A stretch of 64,000 bases of DNA, from NCBI GenBank assembly GCA_030647355.1, contig JAUSIS010000006.1, positions 26,221 to 90,220 on the forward strand, given 5' to 3'. The translations under genes were made by a program, and so were the position numbers. Below the pieces are notes generated by a model. The model was not told the DNA's origin, made no database searches, and saw only the letters and a list, made by a program, of their open reading frames with translations. How positions within the stretch are numbered: the stretch's first letter is position 1; the number at the start of each line of letters is the position of its first letter. Shown piece after piece: positions 1-10,427 of the stretch. Source of the stretch: a bacterium. GTDB taxonomy: Bacteria; Patescibacteriota; UBA1384; VFKW01.

Positions 1-1200
1 ATCGGTAATTATGGTCTGGAAGCATATTATAATGAAGCGCTGGAAGGCAGTATGGGGATAAGGGTATCGAGTCGCGATAGTCGCGGGAGAAAGATAGCGA
101 CTATCAAAAATGAAGTAAATAAGGAAGATGGAGCTGATATTATCCTTGAGACAGAGCATAATGTGCAGTTTAAGGCCGAAGAGGTTATAGCTAATGCAGT
201 TAAAGATCATGGGGCGGATCGGGGCAGTATGATAGTGATGGATACGCGTACAGGAGGTATTTTAGCGATGGCAAATGTCCCTTCTTATGACCCAAATAAT
301 TATTCAAAAGTAGCTAAGGATTCACTTGAAATATTTAGAAATCCTGCAATATCGGAGGCTTGGGAGCCGGGCTCGATTATGAAACCGCTGGTAATGGGGG
401 CGGCACTGGACCAGGGGCTGGTAACTCCTGATACAACAGGCGATTATGATAGTTGTGTCACGGTACAAGGATATAAGATTTGTACGGCGACTAAGAAAGC
501 ATTCGGGCATGAAACAATGACTCAAGTGCTGGAGAATTCGGATAATGTTGCAATGGTCTCGGTTGGTGACAAGTTGGGTAATGAAATGTTATTTAGGTAT
601 CTGAAGGCGCTGGGTTTTGGGGAAAAAGAGAGGGTTGATCTTCAGGGAGAAGCGATGGGGATGTTATCTGATTTTAAAAAATGGCGCGATTTGACACGAT
701 CTACTATTGTATTTGGACAAGGAATGACGGTAACACCTTTGCAAATGGTCAATGCTTATGCGGCGGTTGCAAATAAAGGTGTGCTGGTTAAGCCGCATGT
801 AGTAAAGGAGATTAAAAATTCCGATGGTTCGGTTACGAGTATCAAGCGGGAAGATATTCGACGAGTTTTTAAGGGAGAGACGGCAGCGGAACTAACGCAA
901 ATGTTGATTTCTGTAGTTGAAAAGGGGCATGGAAAGAGAGCGGGAGTGAAGGGGTATTGGGTGGCAGGTAAAACGGGCACCGCCCAAATTCCTAATCCGG
1001 ACGGTGGCTATTATGAAGATCGGCAGGTGGGATCTTTTGCAGGATTTTTCCCGGCGGATAATCCCCGATTTGCTATGATAGTAAAAATAGATAATCCTAA
1101 GAATACTCAATGGGCGGAGAGTTCGGCGGCACCTACATTTGGTCAAATGGCTCAGTGGCTTTTGAGTTACTATCGTATTGCGCCGAATCGAAATAATTAG
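1..1200 (+). CDS. ftsI: Class B penicillin-binding protein (FtsI/PBP3-like), 5'-truncated by window edge
   Basis: Frame open from base 1; EPGSIMK (SxxK), SDN (SxN), KTGTAQ motifs; heads dcw cluster. Confidence 0.88.
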   Translation: MGNYGLEAYYNEALEGSMGIRVSSRDSRGRKIATIKNEVNKEDGADIILETEHNVQFKAEEVIANAVKDHGADRGSMIVMDTRTGGILAMANVPSYDPNNYSKVAKDSLEIFRNPAISEAWEPGSIMKPLVMGAALDQGLVTPDTTGDYDSCVTVQGYKICTATKKAFGHETMTQVLENSDNVAMVSVGDKLGNEMLFRYLKALGFGEKERVDLQGEAMGMLSDFKKWRDLTRSTIVFGQGMTVTPLQMVNAYAAVANKGVLVKPHVVKEIKNSDGSVTSIKREDIRRVFKGETAAELTQMLISVVEKGHGKRAGVKGYWVAGKTGTAQIPNPDGGYYEDRQVGSFAGFFPADNPRFAMIVKIDNPKNTQWAESSAAPTFGQMAQWLLSYYRIAPNRNN

Positions 1201-1231
1201 TAAAATGATGGGCAGTTGATTATAGGATAAA

Positions 1232-2305
1232 ATGAAGATATATTTTAGGAAGTTTCTAGAGAGAAAACTAGGTAAATGGGCAAAGCAAGCTTGGCTGGTT
1301 ACGAGGCCCGAGGTTATAGCGATTACAGGTAGTACTGCCAAGACATCAACTAAAGAAGCAATTTGCGCTGTTATGAGGGCGCAATTTGGGGGTGAAGTGT
1401 TTTGCAGTCCGGGAAATATGAACAGTGAGTTTGGTATGCCACTAGCGATATTGGGATTCAATAGATCGGTAAAGTTTTTTGAATTCCCCATTATCTTACT
1501 GAAAGGTTGGCTAAGGATAAGATCGAAGAGGAAATTTCCTCATTGGTGGGTTTTGGAAATGGGCTCAGATAAGCCGGGTGATATCAAATATCTCACCAGT
1601 TTAGTCCAGCCGAATTCAGGTGTAATCACAACAGTTGGTCCGGTTCACTTGCAGGCATTGGGATCAATCGAGGGAGTTTATGAGGAGAAAGTGGATTTAG
1701 TGCGAGCGGTTAAAAATGATGGGGCGGTATTTTTGAATAGAATGAACAATTTAGTCACGAAGATGGCTGATCAAGCTAAGGGAAGAGTGATTTATTATAG
1801 CGGGAACCCTGATGAAATTGCCCAATCGGCGGCAGAAGCGGTTGGCCGATATTATAAAATTGATGAGCAAAAGATCGAGCAAACATTAGCAAATTTTAAG
1901 TCTCTAGATGGACGGATGAGTGTTGTTGAAGGTATAAATGGCTCTGTAATTATTGACGATTCTTATAATTCAAATCCTCTTTCAATGGAAGTAGCTTTGT
2001 ATTGTCTTGATAAACTAGCTAAGGCAAGGGGAGCCAAGCGCAAAATAGTAATTGTGGGCGATATGCTGGAGCTGGGTAATTATACCAAAGAGGCGCATAG
2101 GGTTATGAAAGAGGCAATTGAACGGGTTGCCGATTATACGGTAGGAATAGGTCCGCTTGTAAAAGATTTGCAGTTAAATGAGTGGTATGAAGATTCTGAT
2201 GCTAAAATATCGGTCTTGAATCAGATAGGTGAAGGTGATATTATTCTGGTGAAAGCCTCACGAGGTATTCACTTGGATAATATTGTAAAAAGATTAAAGA
2301 AATGA
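1232..2305 (+). CDS. murF: UDP-MurNAc-tripeptide--D-Ala-D-Ala ligase (short form lacking N-terminal domain)
   Basis: ITGSTAKTSTKE P-loop, DDSYNSNP, GDMLELG, LVKASRG. Confidence 0.9.
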   Translation: MKIYFRKFLERKLGKWAKQAWLVTRPEVIAITGSTAKTSTKEAICAVMRAQFGGEVFCSPGNMNSEFGMPLAILGFNRSVKFFEFPIILLKGWLRIRSKRKFPHWWVLEMGSDKPGDIKYLTSLVQPNSGVITTVGPVHLQALGSIEGVYEEKVDLVRAVKNDGAVFLNRMNNLVTKMADQAKGRVIYYSGNPDEIAQSAAEAVGRYYKIDEQKIEQTLANFKSLDGRMSVVEGINGSVIIDDSYNSNPLSMEVALYCLDKLAKARGAKRKIVIVGDMLELGNYTKEAHRVMKEAIERVADYTVGIGPLVKDLQLNEWYEDSDAKISVLNQIGEGDIILVKASRGIHLDNIVKRLKK

Positions 2306-2313
2306 GGGTCTAG

Positions 2314-3360
2314 ATGCAGTCATTTAATGTTTCAGACATAAGCATAATTAAGATACTATTTATGACAGCTGTTTCGTTTATTGTTGCTATGGTATGGACT
2401 CCTTTTTTGACTAATTTTTTATATAAGAATAGATTTGGTAAGAAGATTAGAGATACGGGATTTGATAATAACAGGGCGCCCATTTTCTATTCTTTACATA
2501 AAGGCAAGGAAAATACGCCGGTCATGGGTGGATTACTAATTTGGGTGACGGTCGCTGTGTTGGCTTTTTGGTTTAGTCGTTATCCGCAAACAAGCTATCT
2601 AAGTCGCAGTGCGACTTGGTTGCCTTTGGCGGCTTTGATCGGATCGGGGGTGATTGGGGCAATTGATGATATTTTTAATATTAAAGGGATTGGTCCCCAC
2701 AGAGGAGGGTTGAAGTTTGGTATACGTTTATTGCTCTATTTATTAATTGCCTGTTTTGCTGCTTGGTGGTTTTATAGCAAACTGGGTTGGAGTGAGATAC
2801 ATGTGCCGGCAATAGGCGATTTTAATATTGGACTATGGTATGTGCCTCTGTTTATAGGAGTTTTGATTTTTACAGCTTTTTCATCTAATCAAACTGATGG
2901 TTTAGATGGACTAGCCGGGGGGATTTTTGCTACCTCGTTTGCTTCTTACGCTTTAATTGCATTAATGATTGGGAATGTATCATTGGCAATTTTTTGCGGA
3001 ACGATTATGGGAGCGTTGTTGGCATTCTTGTGGTTTAATATCTATCCAGCCAGATTTTTTATGGGAGATACCGGAGTAATGGCGCTAGGTATGACTCTGG
3101 GAATAGTGGCTTTTTTGACTAATACGGTAGTCGTATTGCCTCTAATCGGCTTTGTTTTTTATGCCGAGGGGATCACTACTATTATCCAAATTGCATCAAA
3201 AAAGCTAAGGCATGGAAAAAAGGTATTTTTATCAGCACCGATTCATCATCACTTTGAGGCATTGGGATGGCCGGAAACCAAAGTAACGATGAGGTTTTGG
3301 ATCATTTCCTGGATTGCGGCTGTTGTGGGGGTGGCTGTCGCTCTTTTGGGCGGAGGTTAA
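2314..3360 (+). CDS. mraY: Phospho-MurNAc-pentapeptide transferase
   Basis: TPVMGG, NQTDGLDGL, FMGDTG, APIHHHFE; multi-TM. Confidence 0.97.
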   Translation: MQSFNVSDISIIKILFMTAVSFIVAMVWTPFLTNFLYKNRFGKKIRDTGFDNNRAPIFYSLHKGKENTPVMGGLLIWVTVAVLAFWFSRYPQTSYLSRSATWLPLAALIGSGVIGAIDDIFNIKGIGPHRGGLKFGIRLLLYLLIACFAAWWFYSKLGWSEIHVPAIGDFNIGLWYVPLFIGVLIFTAFSSNQTDGLDGLAGGIFATSFASYALIALMIGNVSLAIFCGTIMGALLAFLWFNIYPARFFMGDTGVMALGMTLGIVAFLTNTVVVLPLIGFVFYAEGITTIIQIASKKLRHGKKVFLSAPIHHHFEALGWPETKVTMRFWIISWIAAVVGVAVALLGGG

Positions 3361-3432
3361 TCTCTAGTTAATTTTCTTGTTTGCGGTGGAATGGCCATCT
3401 GTTTTATGGTATTATGGAACGGAGGTAGAGAT

Positions 3433-4806
3433 ATGTACGATTGGACTAGAATGTGTGTGGGAATGCTCGGGGCAGGGATTGAGAATATATCGCTGACGCG
3501 TTATTTATTAGCGCAAGGTGCCAAAGTAATTGTTTATGATCAAAATGATCCAGCTTTGGTTGGTGAAAAGATGGGCAATTTGGAAAGTGACAATTTGATT
3601 ATTGTGGCAGGAAAGAATTATGTAGAGAAACTCTCTAAGCATGATTTATTCTTTCGTTCGCCTGGTATGCCCTTGGGATATGCTCAAGAGATAACTAAGC
3701 AAAATGGGAAACTCTCTAGTGCAATGCAGCTCTTTTTTGAACTTTGTCCGGCTAAAATTATCGGCGTAACCGGAACTAAGGGCAAAGGAACTGTGAGCAG
3801 TTTAATATTTGAAATATTAAGTCGTAGGAAGTCCAATGTATATTTAGCGGGCAATATCGGCAGGGCACCTTTTGACTTTATTGATGATTTAAAAGAGAAT
3901 GATTGGGTTGTAATGGAGATATCCAGTTTTCAGCTTGAAGATATGACTCTTAGTCCACATATAGCAGTGGTTTTAAATATTACGCCGGACCATTTAGCAG
4001 CTTCAACACAGAACAATCCAAATTACCACAAGAATTTTGATGAGTATGTTATGGCTAAGAAAAAGATATTGGAGTATCAAAAAATGGATGATTATGCTGT
4101 TATTGTGGCAAGTGAGATTGGGAAGCAGATTAAGAAGGTAACTGCCGCTGAAGTTTATGTAGTAGCGGGGGATTCTCGGAGTGGTTGTGTAATAATAGAG
4201 AATAAATTTGTTGTTCGGCTTGGTGGTAAGCTGGTTGAGATCATTGGTACTAATGAAGTTAAGTTATTGGGGCAGCACAACTTGATTAATATACAAGCTG
4301 CTATTATGGCCTCATTTTTAGCAGGAGCAAATAGAGACGATATTGGCCAAGTGGTCGCAGACTTTAAGGGTCTTCCCCATAGATTGGAGTTTGTGCGTGA
4401 AGTAGGAGGTAAAGAATTTTATGATGACTCATATGCGACCGACCCCGATGCAGCAGTTGCGGCGATCAGATCTTTTATCCAACCGGTTGTTTTAATCTGT
4501 GGGGGGGCTTCGAAAGGCGCTGACTTTGACGAATTGGCTCAGGCGATCAAGGCTTCTTCGGTAAAAGCGGCGATACTGATGGGGGATGAAGCAGATAGAA
4601 TAGAAAAAGCTTTGGAAGAAGCTAATGCAGATCTAGCTCTCGAGAAAAATCTAGTTGGCATGAAAGATATAGTTGGAAGAGCAAATGAGCTGGCTAAGAT
4701 AGGAGATGTGGTTTTGCTTTCTCCTGGCTGTGCTAGTTTTGGACTGTTTGAATCGGCTAGAGATAGGGGAGAACAATTTCAGAGGACAGTTAATGGGATC
4801 AAGTGA
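3433..4806 (+). CDS. murD: UDP-MurNAc-L-Ala--D-Glu ligase
   Basis: GVTGTKGKGT, EISSFQL, HRLE, LLSPGCASF; start placed after GGAGG RBS. Confidence 0.95.
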   Translation: MYDWTRMCVGMLGAGIENISLTRYLLAQGAKVIVYDQNDPALVGEKMGNLESDNLIIVAGKNYVEKLSKHDLFFRSPGMPLGYAQEITKQNGKLSSAMQLFFELCPAKIIGVTGTKGKGTVSSLIFEILSRRKSNVYLAGNIGRAPFDFIDDLKENDWVVMEISSFQLEDMTLSPHIAVVLNITPDHLAASTQNNPNYHKNFDEYVMAKKKILEYQKMDDYAVIVASEIGKQIKKVTAAEVYVVAGDSRSGCVIIENKFVVRLGGKLVEIIGTNEVKLLGQHNLINIQAAIMASFLAGANRDDIGQVVADFKGLPHRLEFVREVGGKEFYDDSYATDPDAAVAAIRSFIQPVVLICGGASKGADFDELAQAIKASSVKAAILMGDEADRIEKALEEANADLALEKNLVGMKDIVGRANELAKIGDVVLLSPGCASFGLFESARDRGEQFQRTVNGIK

Positions 4807-5930
4807 TCCAGGAGGGCTGGGTGCTGGAACGTTATAGACGAATTGGTCATGGTTTTGATTATTGGCTTGCATTAGTAATTTTTGTGTTGTCGGTTTTTGG
4901 TGTTATTATGATATTTTCCGCTTCGGCGGTTGTCTCGTATGAGCGATTTAATAGTCCTTACGGCTATGCTTCGAAGCAGGCAATGGCACTCGGAATAGGG
5001 TTAGTTGCTTGGTTTGTCATGACGATGATTGATTATCGTTTTTGGCAGAAAAAAGCAACTGTGTTTCTAGTAATCACGATTGTTCTATTGCTGGCTGTGT
5101 TCTTGCCCGGAATAGGGATTGAACGCAATGGAGCCCATCGGTGGATTGACTTAGGATCGTTTTCTTTACAGCCGTCGGAACTGATTAAATTGTTTTTTCT
5201 GATGTATATTTCGGCCTGGCTATCGAAAAAAGGAGAAAAAATTAACGATTTAAATAAAGGGATAATTCCTTTTGTTATTATCCTTTTAGTTGTAATTTTT
5301 TTGATTATGAAAGAGCCTGATATGGGGACCATGTCTGTTATAGCGGTGTTCTCTATGGCTGTGTTTTTTGTTTCAGGAGTAGCATGGCATTATTTATTAA
5401 TTTTTATGGCAGGAGCAATTGCTCTATTTAGAGTATTAATTTATGCAGCTCCCTATCGTCTGCAAAGATTGATGGTTTTTTTAAATCCTAATCAAGCCCA
5501 AAGTGGAGCCGGTTATCATATTAATCAGGCGCTGCTTGCTTTGGGGTCTGGCGGGCTTCTGGGTTTGGGCTTTGGACAAAGTAAACAAAAATATTTATTT
5601 TTGCCGGAAGCGCATACGGATTCGATATTTGCTATAATTGGTGAAGAATTAGGATTTTTGCGAGCGGCATTAGTGATCCTAGCTTTTGTATTTATAGCTT
5701 GGAGAGGGCTGGAAATAGCAAAAAGAGCTCCGGATAAATTCGGTCAGCTGGTTGCTACCGGAATCACTGTCTGGTTTATTTGGCAGGCGTTCGTAAATAT
5801 CGGAGCAATGCTCGGTTTGCTTCCACTTACCGGCGTTCCTCTGCCGTTTATTAGTTATGGAGGTACGTCTTTGGTTGTGAGTTTTGCAGCAGCAGGGATT
5901 CTATTAAATATTTCCAAACAGACTACATAA
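4803..5930 (+). CDS. ftsW: SEDS peptidoglycan glycosyltransferase FtsW
   Basis: LQPSELIK, LPEAHTDSIF, GVPLPFISYGGTS; between murD and murG. Confidence 0.93.
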   Translation: MIQEGWVLERYRRIGHGFDYWLALVIFVLSVFGVIMIFSASAVVSYERFNSPYGYASKQAMALGIGLVAWFVMTMIDYRFWQKKATVFLVITIVLLLAVFLPGIGIERNGAHRWIDLGSFSLQPSELIKLFFLMYISAWLSKKGEKINDLNKGIIPFVIILLVVIFLIMKEPDMGTMSVIAVFSMAVFFVSGVAWHYLLIFMAGAIALFRVLIYAAPYRLQRLMVFLNPNQAQSGAGYHINQALLALGSGGLLGLGFGQSKQKYLFLPEAHTDSIFAIIGEELGFLRAALVILAFVFIAWRGLEIAKRAPDKFGQLVATGITVWFIWQAFVNIGAMLGLLPLTGVPLPFISYGGTSLVVSFAAAGILLNISKQTT

Positions 5931-5945
5931 ATAAACGGAGATCAT

Positions 5946-7076
5946 ATGTCGGTAAATTTTTATAAATACAAATTTGTTCTAACGGGCGGCGGAACGGGTG
6001 GGCATATAATGCCGCTTATCGCTATGTTCGATTATTTGCAGGAATATCCAGTAGAAATCATTTATATTGGTGAATCGGGGGGCAGGGAAGAAAAGATTGC
6101 CGAACAAAATAATATTATTTTTAAAGGGATTGCCGCTGGAAAGTTACGGCGATTCAATGACATAGGATCACTGCTTAGTAACTTTTTAGATATTTTTCGA
6201 ACTATCATAGGAATAATCCAGTCACTTAATTTTTTAGTTCAATTTCGTCCTAATGCAATTCTCTCAAAGGGTGGCTATGTCAGTTTGCCTGTGGTGATAG
6301 CAGGGTGGGTACTCAAGATTCCCGTTCTCGTGCATGAATCTGATATGGAAATGGGGTTGACAAACAAATTTAGCTTGAAGTTCACTAAGTTTCTTGCAAC
6401 CGGCTTCCCCATTGAGAATTATTCAAAATGGGAGGATTTAAAAATGGTTTTTACCGGTACGCCGATTGACCGGGATTTTTTCAATCTCAAGGCTACAAGC
6501 AGTGATTATGAATTCTTTGGGTTCAACTCGAGAAAACCTGTGTTATTAGTTACCGGTGGTTTACAAGGAGCGCATGTTATAAATGAGAGTATAAGAAAAA
6601 TATTGCCAAAGTTGCTTGAGAATTGGCAGATTATACATCTCAGCGGCGAAGGTGATTATGATATATTTATAGATATAAAGGCGAATTTGGATAAGTATGA
6701 AGATCGTTATTCGGTATTTCCTATACTGGGTAAGGATAGAATTAAAGCCATGCGAATAGCGTCGCTTGTGGTAAGTAGAGCTAGTGCCACGACTTTGGCT
6801 GAATTATCCAGTATGGCGAAGCCGGTAATATTGATACCCTTATCTTCTGCGGCATCTGATCATCAAAATAAAAATGCTAGAGTGTTTGAGAGCCAAGGCG
6901 CGGCAACAATTATATCTGAAAAAGAGTTGACTGGAGATAAGCTTTATGAAACAATTAGGTCCCTTGGGGAGAACAGGGGTAAATTAGACGCTATGGGGAA
7001 AGCCATGGAGACATTTAGCAAACCGGAGGCGGGAAAGTTACTTATGGAACAATTAATTCAGATGATTCATGAATGA
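5946..7076 (+). CDS. murG: Lipid II N-acetylglucosaminyltransferase
   Basis: TGGGTGGHI, KGGYVS, HESD, HQNKNA. Confidence 0.95.
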   Translation: MSVNFYKYKFVLTGGGTGGHIMPLIAMFDYLQEYPVEIIYIGESGGREEKIAEQNNIIFKGIAAGKLRRFNDIGSLLSNFLDIFRTIIGIIQSLNFLVQFRPNAILSKGGYVSLPVVIAGWVLKIPVLVHESDMEMGLTNKFSLKFTKFLATGFPIENYSKWEDLKMVFTGTPIDRDFFNLKATSSDYEFFGFNSRKPVLLVTGGLQGAHVINESIRKILPKLLENWQIIHLSGEGDYDIFIDIKANLDKYEDRYSVFPILGKDRIKAMRIASLVVSRASATTLAELSSMAKPVILIPLSSAASDHQNKNARVFESQGAATIISEKELTGDKLYETIRSLGENRGKLDAMGKAMETFSKPEAGKLLMEQLIQMIHE

Positions 7077-8490
7077 AGAGGTAAGTATGAAGCATGTGCA
7101 TTTTATCGGGATAGGCGGGGTTGGTATGTCAGCTTTGGCAATCATCGCGCAGCAAAAAGGAATGAAAGTTACCGGATCGGATGTTGAGGACATTTACTTT
7201 ATTGGCGATATGCTCAAGGACAATCATATTAATTGGAAACCTTTTAGTGTGGAAAACCTGAAGGATAAACCGGATATTGTGGTAGTGGGAGCGGCGTGGG
7301 ATGAGAAGAATGTTGAGGTTCAGGAAGCTAAAAAACAACATTTGACTATCAAGACGTATTCAGAATTTTTAGGTGAAATAATGCAGGATTATAAAGGTGT
7401 CGCAGTTGCTGGTATTCATGGTAAGACGACCACAACGGCTATGATTGCTTTTTTACTTGCGAGCGCAAAAATGAGTCCTAGTTTTTTGATTGGATGCAGA
7501 GTAGCTCCTAATTTAGGCAGTAACGCTAGGTTAGGAGAAGGTGAATATTTTATTACAGAGGCGGATGAATATAAAAAATCGTCGAGCGATTTTACCAGTA
7601 AGTTTTTAGATCTTAAGCCGGAGATAGCGGTTGTAACGAGTATCGAAATGGATCACCCGGATATTTTTGAAACTGTTGAGGATGTCTACAGAGCATTTTA
7701 TCGTTTTGCTTGTAAAGTGCCTAGGTCGGGATTGGTTATTGGGTGTGTTGATTGCGACAAAGTGAAGAAACTGTCATTGAGTCTAGCTGATAGACGTTTT
7801 GAATCGTATGGGTTTTCTTATGGAGCCGACTGGCGGATTATTGAATACCAAGTTGAACCCGGAGAGCAATCCTTTAGTATTAAAAGAGATAAACAGATAT
7901 ATGGGCCGTTTAAGTTGACGATTCCCGGGGAGCATAATATTCTTAATGCGACCGCAGCTATAATAGTTTGTTTAAAAATCGGAGTTAAGCCGGCAACTCT
8001 ACAGCGCTATTTGCCTGAATTTTCCGGAGTTGAGAGACGCTTTCAGGTTCTAGGAGAAAGGGAAGGGGTTGTGGTTGTAGATGATTATGCACATCACCCT
8101 ACATCAATTAGGGCGACGTTACAAGGAGCTAGGTCCTTTTATCCTAATAGAAAAATTTGCTGCGTGTTTCAACCGCATACATATAGCAGAACGAAAGAAC
8201 TACTTGATGAATTTGCTAAGTCCTTTGATGGCGCTGATCTTGTTTTGATCACAGATATTTATGCTTCAGCAAGAGAAAAATCAGGGAGAATTCATGCCAG
8301 GCATTTGGTGGAGGAAACCAAGAAATACAATAGTCATGTATATTATGTCAGTAAATTAGACGAAGCAGTTGATTTCTTAAAAGAGAATCTAGAGCGGGGA
8401 GATGTGTTGGTGGTGATGGGGGCGGGTGATATATACAAGGTAGGAATGGATTATTTGAATTTACCTGTTTCGGCGGATTTGAAGGATTAA
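7069..8490 (+). CDS. murC: UDP-MurNAc--L-Ala ligase
   Basis: HFIGIGGVGMSALA, HGKTTTT, EADE, DDYAHHPT, FQPHTYSRT (start may be 7087). Confidence 0.97.
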   Translation: MNEEVSMKHVHFIGIGGVGMSALAIIAQQKGMKVTGSDVEDIYFIGDMLKDNHINWKPFSVENLKDKPDIVVVGAAWDEKNVEVQEAKKQHLTIKTYSEFLGEIMQDYKGVAVAGIHGKTTTTAMIAFLLASAKMSPSFLIGCRVAPNLGSNARLGEGEYFITEADEYKKSSSDFTSKFLDLKPEIAVVTSIEMDHPDIFETVEDVYRAFYRFACKVPRSGLVIGCVDCDKVKKLSLSLADRRFESYGFSYGADWRIIEYQVEPGEQSFSIKRDKQIYGPFKLTIPGEHNILNATAAIIVCLKIGVKPATLQRYLPEFSGVERRFQVLGEREGVVVVDDYAHHPTSIRATLQGARSFYPNRKICCVFQPHTYSRTKELLDEFAKSFDGADLVLITDIYASAREKSGRIHARHLVEETKKYNSHVYYVSKLDEAVDFLKENLERGDVLVVMGAGDIYKVGMDYLNLPVSADLKD

Positions 8491-8502
8491 TTTGGAGAAA
8501 AT

Positions 8503-9489
8503 ATGGAAATAGCCAAGCAATTAAAGGAGCAACTGGGAGAAAAGCTTGAGGAACATCTAGGCCTTAGAGATTATACTACTATGAAAGTAGGAGGGGTGGC
8601 GGATTATGTTTTTAGTGCATCAACAGTGTCCGAGCTGGTTAATGCTGTGCAGGCGGCGGTTAATTTGGATATTCCTTATTTAGTCCTTGGGGGTGGCAGT
8701 AATGTGATTATTAGTGATTATGGCTTTCCTGGAATGGTGATTTTTAATCGCTCCTCAAATGTTGCTTTTCTGCAAGATAGATCACAAGTGATGTCTGATT
8801 CAGGAGTTTATTTATCGCATTTGATAACTTCGGCGGCAGCAAAAGAATATGGTGGACTTGAATTTTTAGTAGGGGTACCCGGTACTGTCGGAGGGGCTGC
8901 TTATAACAATGTATCGTGCTGGGGAGGAGAATTTAGCGACTATGTTCGTAGTCTTACAATTCTTTTGCCCGGGGAAGAAAAGGGTGAGAGGTGTCGGACA
9001 GTTAATATTGAGGCGCAAGATATGAAATTTGGTTATCATAGTTCCTGGCTCAAAGAAAATTCAGGAAAAAATGTAGGACGGAAACCAGTTATTTTATCAG
9101 TTAAACTTCAGTTAGCAAGTTTGCGCCGAGAGGAGATAATGAGACGAATCAAACAGTATCAACAAATGAGATTGTCTAAACAGCCACTTGGGGAGCATTC
9201 TGCTGGTAGTATTTTTAAGAATCCATCAGGATTTGAAGCGACTGCTAGCGAGGATAAAAATTATTCAGCTGGTTTCTTGATTGATAAATCAGGGGGAAAA
9301 CGGTTGAGGGTGGGTGGTGCTCAAGTATCTAAAAAACATGCGAATTTTATTGTAAATACAGGTAAAGCGACGGCTATGGATGTGAGACAGCTGATTGAAC
9401 AGATTCAAGAATTAGTGAGGGAGAAGAAGGGAATTACATTGGAAGAAGAGATAGAATTTATTGGGGAATGGTCAAAGGAGCAAGGATGA
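8503..9489 (+). CDS. murB: UDP-N-acetylenolpyruvoylglucosamine reductase
   Basis: LGGGSNV, PGTVGGA, SAGSIFKNP, HANFIVN. Confidence 0.96.
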   Translation: MEIAKQLKEQLGEKLEEHLGLRDYTTMKVGGVADYVFSASTVSELVNAVQAAVNLDIPYLVLGGGSNVIISDYGFPGMVIFNRSSNVAFLQDRSQVMSDSGVYLSHLITSAAAKEYGGLEFLVGVPGTVGGAAYNNVSCWGGEFSDYVRSLTILLPGEEKGERCRTVNIEAQDMKFGYHSSWLKENSGKNVGRKPVILSVKLQLASLRREEIMRRIKQYQQMRLSKQPLGEHSAGSIFKNPSGFEATASEDKNYSAGFLIDKSGGKRLRVGGAQVSKKHANFIVNTGKATAMDVRQLIEQIQELVREKKGITLEEEIEFIGEWSKEQG

Positions 9490-10427
9490 AAAAGAAGCTG
9501 CATGTTGCCTTGCTTGCGGGGGGGCTGTCCAGTGAGCGAGAGGTTTCGCTTCGTTCCGGGGAGAAGGTGGCTGAGGCGTTGAAATCTCTCGGTCATCAGG
9601 TAAGGATTTATGATCCGGCGACCGACCTAAGGAAAATTATTAATGAGCGAGATTGGGTAGATGTGGTTTTTCCAGCTTTACATGGAAAATACGGAGAGGA
9701 TGGCACTATTCAGGGTTTTTTAGAATTACTTGATTTACCATATGTGGGCAGTGGTGTGCTGGCGAGCGCGCTTGCGATTGACAAACTTAAGTCAGTCGAT
9801 GTATATAGGGCTGCAGGATTGCCGACTGCGAGGTCATTTTTGATTGCCGGTAGTAGTGTAGATTGCGATAGGGTAGAAACGGAGATTGGTTTTCCCTGTG
9901 TAATTAAGCCGGTTACTAATGGATCAAGTATTGGCGTTGAGATAGTTGATAAAAAAGAGCATCTTTCTGACGCATACCGTCGGGTTAGAAAACTAGAAGA
10001 TAGGGTGATGATTGAGGAATATATATCGGGCAGAGAGATTACGGTTGGAGTGATTGGAAATGAAGAGTCTAAAGCATTGCCAGTTTTAGAAATTAAGCCA
10101 AAAAGTAGATTTTTTGATTATGATGCAAAATATAATGGTGAGACAGAAGAAGTGGTGCCGGACGATATTGATACGTCCATACTTAAGAAAGCACAAGATT
10201 ATGCTGTTCTGGCGCATAAGATACTTGGTTGCAGAGGCTTGTCTAGAACAGACTTTATTGTCAGGGATAAGGAGGTAATTGTGCTCGAGACTAATACTAT
10301 GCCCGGGATGACGAGCGAGAGTTTACTACCTAAGGCGGACATGGCGGCGGGCGTTACGTTTCCAGAATTAATTGAGCAATTGTTGGAATTGTCTTTGGAG
10401 GGAAAAAATGGGTTGGCGCAGAAATAA
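9486..10427 (+). CDS. ddl: D-alanine--D-alanine ligase
   Basis: GGLSSEREVSLRSG, LHGKYGEDG, GSSIGV, ETNTMPGMT. Confidence 0.96.
   Translation: MKKKLHVALLAGGLSSEREVSLRSGEKVAEALKSLGHQVRIYDPATDLRKIINERDWVDVVFPALHGKYGEDGTIQGFLELLDLPYVGSGVLASALAIDKLKSVDVYRAAGLPTARSFLIAGSSVDCDRVETEIGFPCVIKPVTNGSSIGVEIVDKKEHLSDAYRRVRKLEDRVMIEEYISGREITVGVIGNEESKALPVLEIKPKSRFFDYDAKYNGETEEVVPDDIDTSILKKAQDYAVLAHKILGCRGLSRTDFIVRDKEVIVLETNTMPGMTSESLLPKADMAAGVTFPELIEQLLELSLEGKNGLAQK

Noticed and set aside
892-1491. Long antisense ORFs over housekeeping and island genes (e.g. 892-1491, 32354-32911, 56990-57616, 57650-58351)
   Set aside because: Shadow frames of better-supported sense genes with no recognisable motifs.
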